DNA from: Candidatus Thorarchaeota archaeon
GTDB taxonomy: Archaea > Asgardarchaeota > Thorarchaeia > Thorarchaeales > Thorarchaeaceae
DNA length: 13,835 nucleotides
Direction of reading: 5' to 3'
Assembly (NCBI GenBank): GCA_046482545.1
Contig: JAWOEX010000025.1
Location: 1 to 13,835, forward strand
Notes under the pieces: model-generated
Seen by the model: only the letters and a program-made list of their open reading frames with translations
What the model was told of the DNA's origin: nothing
The model's database searches: none
Made by a program: the position numbers and the translations under genes
Part shown: positions 1 through 7,463 of the stretch, in pieces
Position numbering within the stretch: the first letter of the stretch is position 1
How the letters are laid out: every line of letters begins with the position of its first letter

Positions 1-1067
1 GCTCCAGCTAAGGAGATTGAAACCCAATTCGATTCCAGTTGAAGGATGGTATGACTATCTTGGTTGCAAAAGATAAGCTCCAGCTAAGGAGATTGAAACT
101 CCTTTGGTGTATTAGACTCTCTTTGTTGCTTTTCTCTGGTTGCAAAAGATAAGCTCCAGCTAAGGAGATTGAAACGAATCTCAAGAAGGAACTATTGGAC
201 AATACAGACTATCAGGTTGCAAAAGATAAGCTCCAGCTAAGGAGATTGAAACTAGTTTCAGAAATGACTTCACCTATTGCCATAGGGATCGGTTGCAAAA
301 GATAAGCTCCAGCTAAGGAGATTGAAACAGCCACGCTTCCCCTCTGTTAGGGTTGTCCGTAGCCGTTGCAAAAGATAAGCTCCATCTAAGGAGATTGAAA
401 CAAGGAACATCGTGGCCCGCATCTAGTGCCTGCTTTACGTTGCAAAAGATAAGCTCCAGCTAAGGAGATTGAAACATGAAACTAGTGTGGTGAAGTGTCC
501 GGACTGCGAAAGGTTGCAAAAGATAAGCTCCAGCTAAGGAGATTGAAACCATAGCTCCAGTTAGTCTTTTCATCCACGGCTATGATAGTTGCAAAAGATA
601 AGCTCCAGCTAAGGAGATTGAAACATCATTTTCATCGTCAATTTCTGCAGAAATTCCAAATATAAAGTTGCAAAAGATAAGCTCCAGCTAAGGAGATTGA
701 AACAGCTAGCATCTGGTGCTATCATATTCCAGGTTGGAATATCACGTTGCAAAAGATAAGCTCCAGCTAAGGAGATTGAAACCGCCTGATTTTAGTTTCT
801 TAGGGATCATTTTGTGTTCGTTGCAAAAGATAAGCTCCAGCTAAGGAGATTGAAACTTCTACTCCCTCTCTATTCCCCCCTCGTATAACAATATAGTGTT
901 GCAAAAGATAAGCTCCAGCTAAGGAGATTGAAACTGGGAAGGTCGTCCTTGTTCTCATCAGCATACACCAATGCGTTGCAAAAGATAAGCTCCAGCTAAG
1001 GAGATTGAAACGTCAGCTTGATCAGCTTAGTCACTTGTAGGGCAACGTTGTTGCAAAAGAGAGGCTC
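1..1067 (+). CRISPR. CRISPR array, 37-bp repeat GTTGCAAAAGATAAGCTCCAGCTAAGGAGATTGAAAC, 14 spacers of 36-42 bp; left end truncated by the window
   Basis: There is a partial repeat at 1-23 and full repeats starting at 63, 139, 216, 292, 365 (one G>T variant), 439, 513, 588, 667, 746, 820, 898 and 975. A degenerate terminal repeat GTTGCAAAAGAGAGGCTC lies at 1050-1067. The 3' ATTGAAAC end and small CTCC/GGAG stem are typical of Cas6-processed class 1 (type I/III) repeats. The degenerate copy on the right puts the trailer there and the leader upstream of the window. Confidence 0.99.
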
Positions 1068-1155
1068 GCCATTCTAATTCATCTAATCTTGGTATCATTA
1101 GGTGCTATATACAGATATTACTTATTTTCCGTGCAGGTGATGATAATATAGGGTT

Positions 1156-3432
1156 GTGTCAGCCATGACCAGCTTAAAGCAGGAAGAAAGTAGGATCATC
1201 ATTGGCATATTGATTGTAATTGGGTTTGCATATGTTTTCTTCATCAGCGATCCACCGTGGCAGACACATGGCTCAGCCCTAGCCTATCATTCGCTTCTGG
1301 GATTCTTATCGGTCGTTGTAATCGGATCCGTGATGAACCGTTTCATAATGGATCCTTCTCCCGCTCATAGAGTGTTTCTTGCTGCTACAGGATATCTTGC
1401 GGTTGTTCATCTTGGAGCCGCGTTGGTTCACATGTTTCCATATGCCGGACCAATAGCACATACTGAACCCAAAGGAGTGTTCATGGGTATCGTAGAGATA
1501 GGTATTCTTGCGGTAATGCTACTAGTAGCTGCATATCTCAATAGTCAAAGACCGAAAGAAGGGTCGTTTTGGAACAAGAGATTCACACCTATGGGACTAC
1601 TTGCCATTTCATTGATTGTATATGGTTTGAGCGCCCTTATTTCAGAGCTACCAGCCCCATCCCCATTCCTGATTGGGGGCGGATTTGTTATCGGGTTCAT
1701 CACTCTTGCAGCATTTGTCATCTCGTGTTTCTTTGTCTTCAAGCGTCCGGAAGGAATTTCCTCTCATGACAAGAAGCGATTGATTGTTTCCTATTGTCTA
1801 TTCATTCTATCAACAGTAGTGCTTCTACTGATTCTGCCCTCTCCGAACAGTCTGTGGCTACTGAAGTTAGCTTTTCAACTGGGTGCACTCATCTTCATGA
1901 TTTTTGCTACAGGATATCCATTTCTGTTGGACGTTGGACTTGAAGAGAAAGTGGCATACGCCTTCATAGCTGTTCTCACGTCTCTAGCAGTATTACCTTT
2001 CATTCTTACTCAAATCATTGAATATTGGTTGCCTCTTGTTTCCTATCAGAATCAGTCCCTTGGCATAATACTGCATCTATCGGCTGCAGTTCTTTCCGGA
2101 GTTATTGGCTACGTACTCACCGAAAGGGTCAAGGATAGAACGCCATGGTATGATGGGCCAGCTATATTCGCGCTATTCTCATGGATGATAATTGAGTCAG
2201 TCATCGTCTGTGTTCGCCTCTTGAACCCGAATGGAATTGCTGTAGAATCTCTGATGCCGTACCTGTGTGGCGGAATCATTGCTTCTGTGGCAATGATAAT
2301 AGGTATACGTCGCACACTCCAATCCCAACACGACAGGATACCTCAACAATATTCACCAATCCGAAATATCTCATACATCGTTGTTGCACTTCTTGTCATG
2401 TTGATTGAGAGTATGTTGATTTTCATACCATCATTACGTACTCAAGTGCAACAGTCACCTCTTACGTCGACCTTGTTGCTCATTACTGCCTATGCCTTTG
2501 TTTTTGGCGTGACCACCTTTGCCATGTTGCGGGCTGCACAATCAGGAGGGATGTATTCCGTTGAGATGGTAGGAGTCGGATCCCTCTCACTATGGGCTGT
2601 TTCTCAGATACTGCGGGTGAACTTCTCAGTATGGACCGCAGGATGGTGGGCTGCAGAGGTTCTACTGTTTATCATCTTCCTGTTTGTTTGTCCACTCATT
2701 GCTGGTTTGTATATAGAAAAGTACCATCTGGAGACGCACCTCAAGACTGCTTCAAGAATCTACACGAACCTGATGGTTGACAAAATGAACCAGCATCATA
2801 GAGTGGCTCTGGATTCACTCAGTGGAATGTTCAAGCATGTTGCCCTCGAAGAGAAGGAAATGGAGAAGATCTCTAGGGCGTTAACGGCGGTTTCACTTGC
2901 AAATGAGATGGTCGATAGATTTGAAAACATCCTCAAAGGAAAAGCAATAGATGTTGAGAGAATTGAAAAAATCGATTTGCATGATGCATTGCAGGCCGCT
3001 TTTGAACGAATCTGTCAAATTCAGTCTCAGGTTACGGAGCTTGAAACGATTGAATGTCCAGGGCATTGTGAAGTGTGGGGAGATTCCATGGTGGTTGATC
3101 TCTTTTACAACCTGCTCAAGGGCCTCCTAACGAGAATACACGCGGATGCTGTTTCGGTAAGTATCGAGAGATGCGACGATCACATGTGGTGCACTTCAAT
3201 TCACATCTCTACGGATTCTGAAGTTCAGGAGGTTATGACTAATCTTCTCAGCCGGTATCTGTCTCAGGTTAGCGACAGCAATGTTGAGTTTCTCCTACTG
3301 AAAGAATATATCCGGCTGCTCAGAGGAGAGATAACTGTTGGTAATTCTCATCAAAGCGGAGCACAGGATGTCATCACAGTAACAGTGAAACTTCCAGCAG
3401 CCGAGCCTCACCATCTTAACACCAATTCCTGA
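1156..3432 (+). CDS. Polytopic membrane sensor protein (MASE3-like N-terminus) with degenerate C-terminal histidine-kinase/HATPase-like domain
   Basis: 758-aa ORF (alternative ATG start at 1165). The first ~520 aa are successive hydrophobic helices, and HSLLGFLSVVV...GYLAVVHL...VHMFPYAG resembles MASE3-type sensors. The soluble tail has kinase-like layout (IDLHDALQAA; VWGDSMVVDLFYNLL; IRLLRGEITV) but no recognisable H-box or G1/G2 glycine boxes. Family call is from motif recognition only. Confidence 0.7.
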   Translation: MSAMTSLKQEESRIIIGILIVIGFAYVFFISDPPWQTHGSALAYHSLLGFLSVVVIGSVMNRFIMDPSPAHRVFLAATGYLAVVHLGAALVHMFPYAGPIAHTEPKGVFMGIVEIGILAVMLLVAAYLNSQRPKEGSFWNKRFTPMGLLAISLIVYGLSALISELPAPSPFLIGGGFVIGFITLAAFVISCFFVFKRPEGISSHDKKRLIVSYCLFILSTVVLLLILPSPNSLWLLKLAFQLGALIFMIFATGYPFLLDVGLEEKVAYAFIAVLTSLAVLPFILTQIIEYWLPLVSYQNQSLGIILHLSAAVLSGVIGYVLTERVKDRTPWYDGPAIFALFSWMIIESVIVCVRLLNPNGIAVESLMPYLCGGIIASVAMIIGIRRTLQSQHDRIPQQYSPIRNISYIVVALLVMLIESMLIFIPSLRTQVQQSPLTSTLLLITAYAFVFGVTTFAMLRAAQSGGMYSVEMVGVGSLSLWAVSQILRVNFSVWTAGWWAAEVLLFIIFLFVCPLIAGLYIEKYHLETHLKTASRIYTNLMVDKMNQHHRVALDSLSGMFKHVALEEKEMEKISRALTAVSLANEMVDRFENILKGKAIDVERIEKIDLHDALQAAFERICQIQSQVTELETIECPGHCEVWGDSMVVDLFYNLLKGLLTRIHADAVSVSIERCDDHMWCTSIHISTDSEVQEVMTNLLSRYLSQVSDSNVEFLLLKEYIRLLRGEITVGNSHQSGAQDVITVTVKLPAAEPHHLNTNS

Positions 3433-3450
3433 GAAAAAAAGGAATTGGTG
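3420..3450. terminator. 11-bp stem-loop overlapping the stop of the 758-aa gene; A-tract reads as oligo-T on the - strand
   Basis: Perfect inverted repeat CACCAATTCCT (3420-3430) / AGGAATTGGTG (3440-3450) around GAGAAAAAA, between convergent units. Confidence 0.5.
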
Positions 3451-3497
3451 GGATTATTTCAGTTATTCATCAATGACCAAAGCAACGGACCAGCTAG

Positions 3498-3774
3498 TTA
3501 GCGTCTGGTGTTCTCAGCAATAGCACCATCGTACCATGAGCTTGAACCAACCAGCGTTCTTTTGCGGTACAGGTCGTAGGAATCCGGGCTGAAATCGTTA
3601 CGGCTCCACGTGATATGGTGGTCAGTAGTATCCACTTCGTATTAGATGTCAGAGGGATCGTCACTATCTGATGGTGCTGTATGTAACATAGCCACCATAA
3701 CAGAATCGGTAGAGCTCCGACCGTTAACACCCTCGACCATGTTGGTCTGATTCCAGAGCTCGCCCTAACGCCCG
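3498..3774 (-). pseudogene. Decayed fragment of an Ig-like-repeat surface protein (same family as 13024-13740)
   Basis: A - strand frame not in the ORF track reads GELWNQTNMVEGVNGRSSTDSVMVAMLHTAPSDSDDPSDI*YEVDTTDHHITWSRNDFSPDSYDLYRKRTLVGSSWYDGAIAE. This parallels the WNLTLAVTD..., DAPDNLQYEEGTAEHLVNWT...PDSYVFY...SGAWDG repeat of the last gene. In-frame stops lie at 3642-3644 and 3765-3767. Confidence 0.75.
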
Positions 3775-4749
3775 TTAACTGCTAGAATCATCTTCCGGTG
3801 CGTCAGGTTCTTCGCATTCAGAAATCTCATCAGACAGCCAAGAACAGCAGTCATTGTTTGTTCTATAGAAATCCTCCCAGGTGAGCCATCCCAGTCTGGG
3901 TAACACCTTCTCCCAATTCTGATTCTTCCTGTGAGATAGTTCAAGAGGCATGGAGTTTGGATTCTGCTTGTAATCTAGGAACTTGTATCCGTATAATCTG
4001 CGCGTGGGATTGTTCTTGAACATCTCAGGTGTCAACAAGAGAATCAGCGATCTCTCTGGAATTCTCTCGCATAGCGGTTCGCAGAGATCGTCGTTTTCTT
4101 CCAGCATGACATCGATTGCCCTAGCTAGCTCGTTTCGAGTGGCATCGTAGGGAGTCTGATAGCTGATATCAGACAGAACCTTCGCTTCCACTATCACCGA
4201 AAAACCGTTGCCGGGATTTATGAGCAGGGCGTCGACGTGTGTGGGTTCCTCCAGACTCTTCTTTCCATCAGCACTGCTGAATACGTAGGGAATCAAATGC
4301 CGATTATGCAGGTTTTGACTAAGCCACGCCGTATAGGAGTCTGGTGGGGGAAGGCTGACCTCAAAGTATAGCTCCAGATTTCCTGCTAGGCACTCCGACC
4401 AAGAGTCCAAGCCAGACACAGGAGGAATATCACCAAATGCCTTGATGAAGAGATGTTCTAACATCTGCTGGCGTTTTTCGTCATAATACATTGTCATCAT
4501 GCATGATGCAAGCCAGATACGTTCATCCCTCTCTACCTGACAGGGGTGTCGCATTTCTGACACAGGTTTCCCTTCCCTGTCCGGGTTGTTGGCAAGGTAC
4601 TCATGGTACCTCTCGACACTATTCCTATAGTAGTCCAGATTCTGTTTAGTCTCAACGCATTCACCTTTATCCTTGACCTTGGCGAAATGATTCAGTAGCT
4701 CGCCCTCGGTGAAAGGCAAATACGTACACTCCAAGACTTCGTCATTCAT
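3775..4749 (-). CDS. Hypothetical protein with PD-(D/E)XK nuclease-like motif
   Basis: 324-aa ORF with ATG start. The motif EEPTHVDALL-x9-IVEAKVLSD...RNELAR fits the restriction-endonuclease-like D...EAK signature. Confidence 0.7.
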   Translation of the reverse strand: MNDEVLECTYLPFTEGELLNHFAKVKDKGECVETKQNLDYYRNSVERYHEYLANNPDREGKPVSEMRHPCQVERDERIWLASCMMTMYYDEKRQQMLEHLFIKAFGDIPPVSGLDSWSECLAGNLELYFEVSLPPPDSYTAWLSQNLHNRHLIPYVFSSADGKKSLEEPTHVDALLINPGNGFSVIVEAKVLSDISYQTPYDATRNELARAIDVMLEENDDLCEPLCERIPERSLILLLTPEMFKNNPTRRLYGYKFLDYKQNPNSMPLELSHRKNQNWEKVLPRLGWLTWEDFYRTNNDCCSWLSDEISECEEPDAPEDDSSS

Positions 4750-5119
4750 AGCAACAACACGTCATTCGCGTAAGAACTATGAGGTAAAATACTTTATCTA
4801 TACCCACTATTTAGTGTCAACCACCTAATTTGCTACCTCAAGATACCTGCATATGCTGATGTGGCACTCCTTCCCGCTGCACGTACTAGACTTGTGGGTT
4901 TCAACTAAAAGGATTCCATCATATGACAATACTGCACAGGGCGTTCAAGATTATCACAACTCGTCGAAAATATCAATGCATCCTCAAGCAGATAGCAAAA
5001 TTTCTTACGCAGTCACTTGCTCAAGTCGCCCTAAGTAGACACTACCTTAACCACAACCATGCAATACCCCCTGTCTGATTGCATGTCCTCTGCGGCCTCA
5101 ACTAGGAACTCGAACAGAA

Positions 5120-6394
5120 TTAGACGAATAGCATACTGAGGAGAAGGAAGTACACTGTAGCTATCAACAGGTGAAGCAACCCGACGGGGATTACAGTCTT
5201 ATTGAACTCATTCCAAGTAAGCGGTTTCCCCTTCTCCTCAGCGCTCGTCACGGCGACCATGTTTGGCGAGTCACCGAACGGGACGCAGTAGCCTCCGATG
5301 TTAGTACCTGCAACAAGGGATATGGGTAGCACTGGATTCACACCACCTAGCTCCTTCGCGACCGGAGCAGTGAGTATACCTACGGCTTTCTTGTCTAACG
5401 GCGATAGGAGGGCACCGGGGAGCCACAACATGACCGCGATAGCTAGGAAGAGGTTTGTCTGAGCGATCCCTAGGAGTGCGTCTGAGAGGAGACCTATAAC
5501 TCCCGTGACAATCATCGTCTGGATGATACCCATGATTCCGACAAGGAAGAACACACTTTCCCATGAGAGGCGTTTCAAGAGGTCATGAGATTCGTCCTTG
5601 GAGGTCACGAGTAGTACGCCCGCTATTAACAGAGACACAAGGGGAGCATCTTGGGGCAGCAGTATCAGGCCCAACACGAGGGCCACGAGTCCACCGCATG
5701 AGATTAAGAAACCACTCTTTGACCTAATCATTGTCTCGGGATCTATACCGAGCAAGACCGCCAGATTCCTCTGTCTGGTAGTCATGATGGCATCTCCAAA
5801 CTTTCTGAGCATGTACCAAAGCGTGACTCCGAACAGGATGACCGAGAGAGGAAACATTGTCACAAAAAGAAGTCCAATATCCATCTCGGCGAAATATACA
5901 ATCACGAGATTGGGGACAGAGCCAATGGGTAGTGCAAAGGAGCTCACGCCTGCAGTCACAGCCTCGGTCATAAGATAGGGCCTGAAATCTACATCCAGTG
6001 AGTTGCACACTTCCACAGTAAAAGTGCTTACGATCATCATGGTAGGCATGGGACTGAAGAAGAGCGATATGATGAAAGTCAACATCATGAAATAGTAGAA
6101 GATCTTCCTCGCGTCGCCCTGCGCCGTGGTCGCTATGACCACAGCTGACCACTGAAACAGACCCGATGAAGACACGACCGCAACTATAATCATCATAGCA
6201 GTTAGAAACAGGATGATATCCCAAGCCATTGTCTTTACAATTGTTGTGAACGAGTGTCCCTCAACAAGGTAGGCTGCGGCTGCAGCCACGGCGAACGCAA
6301 GGAGTGCAGCAGCAGTATCGTTGGCATGCTCAGTAGTGATGCTGATGAGCATGACCACGAATAACACAATTATGAAGTAACCAACAGGCTCCAT
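5120..6394 (-). CDS. ArsB/NhaD/SLC13-like ion transporter (IT superfamily) permease
   Basis: 424-aa highly hydrophobic ORF with WDIILFLTAMMIIV and LSWESVFFLVG segments and two re-entrant motifs, LPIGSVPNL and VPFGDSPNMV, characteristic of the family. Substrate cannot be assigned. Confidence 0.88.
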   Translation of the reverse strand: MEPVGYFIIVLFVVMLISITTEHANDTAAALLAFAVAAAAAYLVEGHSFTTIVKTMAWDIILFLTAMMIIVAVVSSSGLFQWSAVVIATTAQGDARKIFYYFMMLTFIISLFFSPMPTMMIVSTFTVEVCNSLDVDFRPYLMTEAVTAGVSSFALPIGSVPNLVIVYFAEMDIGLLFVTMFPLSVILFGVTLWYMLRKFGDAIMTTRQRNLAVLLGIDPETMIRSKSGFLISCGGLVALVLGLILLPQDAPLVSLLIAGVLLVTSKDESHDLLKRLSWESVFFLVGIMGIIQTMIVTGVIGLLSDALLGIAQTNLFLAIAVMLWLPGALLSPLDKKAVGILTAPVAKELGGVNPVLPISLVAGTNIGGYCVPFGDSPNMVAVTSAEEKGKPLTWNEFNKTVIPVGLLHLLIATVYFLLLSMLFV

Positions 6395-6534
6395 AGTTCA
6401 CGCCAGCTAAGTCGGGACTTTGTCTATGTACTTGGCCGTACATACCATCTTATGAGCTCTTTGCCGTCTAACAGATGGCCACAGCCCCCCTTTCTGCGTA
6501 GACAGGCATCGCATCGGACCACTGAAAAAGACAC

Positions 6535-7308
6535 TCTCTCGAGTTACCATGCGGTGTGCTTGTCACCTCTAACTACCCGTTTCACTCCTGTACGATTAGC
6601 TGTCAGGAGGAGATATTGTGAGCTGTAGTATCTCAGTTCTCCGTGACGAGCGGAGATGGTAAGGGGGATAGTATCCTTAATGCTTTTGTTCTCCTAAACT
6701 GCGTCTGCCACCTTCACACACTGAACCAAATTTGTACACCGTCAAGTGCATCCAGAGAGTTAGAAATCTTACAGAATCCTAAATAAATCGGCACATAGGA
6801 GTGTACAATATCTGTAAGATTTCCTGTATGCCTTCTTATGACCAAGGGCGAGGGGAGTTTATTAGGCCTAGTAAGAAATCTGAGTCTAGTAGGACTAGGG
6901 CGATGGGCCACCCCCGAACGGGGGAAGGGTTCAGCCCCGAAGGCTGTGAGGAAGACTCGTTCTTCTAAACAGAAGTCCTCACTCTCCAAAAAGGGGTCCT
7001 CATCAGACCCCGGAGAGTCCGCGGCTGTTCGCTGTGTCCAATTGGACCTGTCTGGTTTCGGTGACGAGACTGGGCAGAGCGATAATAACCCCGCCGTGGC
7101 AAAAGCTGTGGAAGACCTCGCTGCCCCCGGATGTGATGTATCGGGTCAGGGCAGGAGACAGAAGCCGAGACCGAAAGAGGGACCGTGTCCTGATGATGGC
7201 GGTCAATGTCCTTGCTTGGCCGGGGGTAGCGCCTTGGTATGGCGGCGACGCTGGGCAAGGAAAGGGTGGAACACAGGAGTTTCCTAAGTTGGGTTCACTC
7301 ACTCAACT
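6535..7308 (+). ncRNA. Candidate large structured non-coding RNA of unknown family (boundaries approximate; best-supported core 6841-7238)
   Basis: The intergenic region has no credible protein and is densely tiled with helices found by hand. Examples: ACCAAGG 6841-6847/CCTTGGT 7232-7238, a 12-bp helix 7119-7130/7220-7231, and a 13-bp helix 7048-7060/7065-7077 capped by a GUGA (GNRA) loop. Many pairs are G-U only on the + strand. No covariation or expression data are available. Confidence 0.65.
6763..6823. repeat. Perfect 13-bp inverted repeat with 35-bp spacer
   Basis: GAAATCTTACAGA (6763-6775) / TCTGTAAGATTTC (6811-6823), with inner TCCTA 6777-6781/TAGGA 6796-6800. Confidence 0.85.
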
Positions 7309-7371
7309 GTAAGAAACATGTTATCCAGACCTGATTCGCTGTTTAGGAACAGTATAGCTTTAAGAACCAAA

Positions 7372-7463
7372 TTAGGATTCGTCATATTCCACCAGGCACG
7401 ACCGTTTCGTCTTGTAGGGCCACTTCGACTGGAAATTCCGTGGCTGGAAATCAAACCATCTAT
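7372..7463 (-). pseudogene. Diverged 3'-end remnant of a homologue of the 9139-9624 gene
   Basis: Reads IDGL[frameshift]FQPRNFQSKWPYKTKRSCLVEYDES*, versus VEGLNLQPRDFTPKWPYKTKWSRLLEYDES* in the intact gene. By hand count, 62 of the last 78 nt are identical, with many third-position changes. Offset is 1767 bp. Confidence 0.9.

Noticed and set aside
8-202. 64-aa ORF across the CRISPR array
   Set aside because: Artefact of repeat-spacer sequence.
1034-1043. Spacer 14 shares CTTGTAGGGC with 7411 and 9178 (self-targeting?)
   Set aside because: Only 10 nt match and the flanks do not align, so it is compatible with chance.
4750-5119. 61-aa ORF 4853-5038 or a decayed gene in the intergenic region
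   Set aside because: No recognisable motif in the frames examined. There is only a short CATGCAAT/ATTGCATG inverted repeat downstream of the transporter.
6941-7175. RNase P RNA (GAGGAAG..., GGAGAGTCCG and ACAGAAG look like CR-I/CR-V)
   Set aside because: The motifs are not in canonical order, and no 3' segment forms the P4 pseudoknot after an ACAGAA. It should still be screened with Rfam models.
7105-7310. Group II intron, SRP RNA or hammerhead ribozyme
   Set aside because: I found no domain V or GUGYG start, and no SRP helix-8 CAGG/AGCA motif. CTGATGA (7190) and GAAA (7173) are too close to accommodate hammerhead stems I and III.
6714-7312. Overlapping ORFs 6714-6989, 6838-7287, 6965-7258, 7003-7302 and 7034-7312
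   Set aside because: They have low-information G/R/P/S-rich composition, overlap on both strands and show no motifs. They are better explained as stop-poor GC-rich structured sequence.
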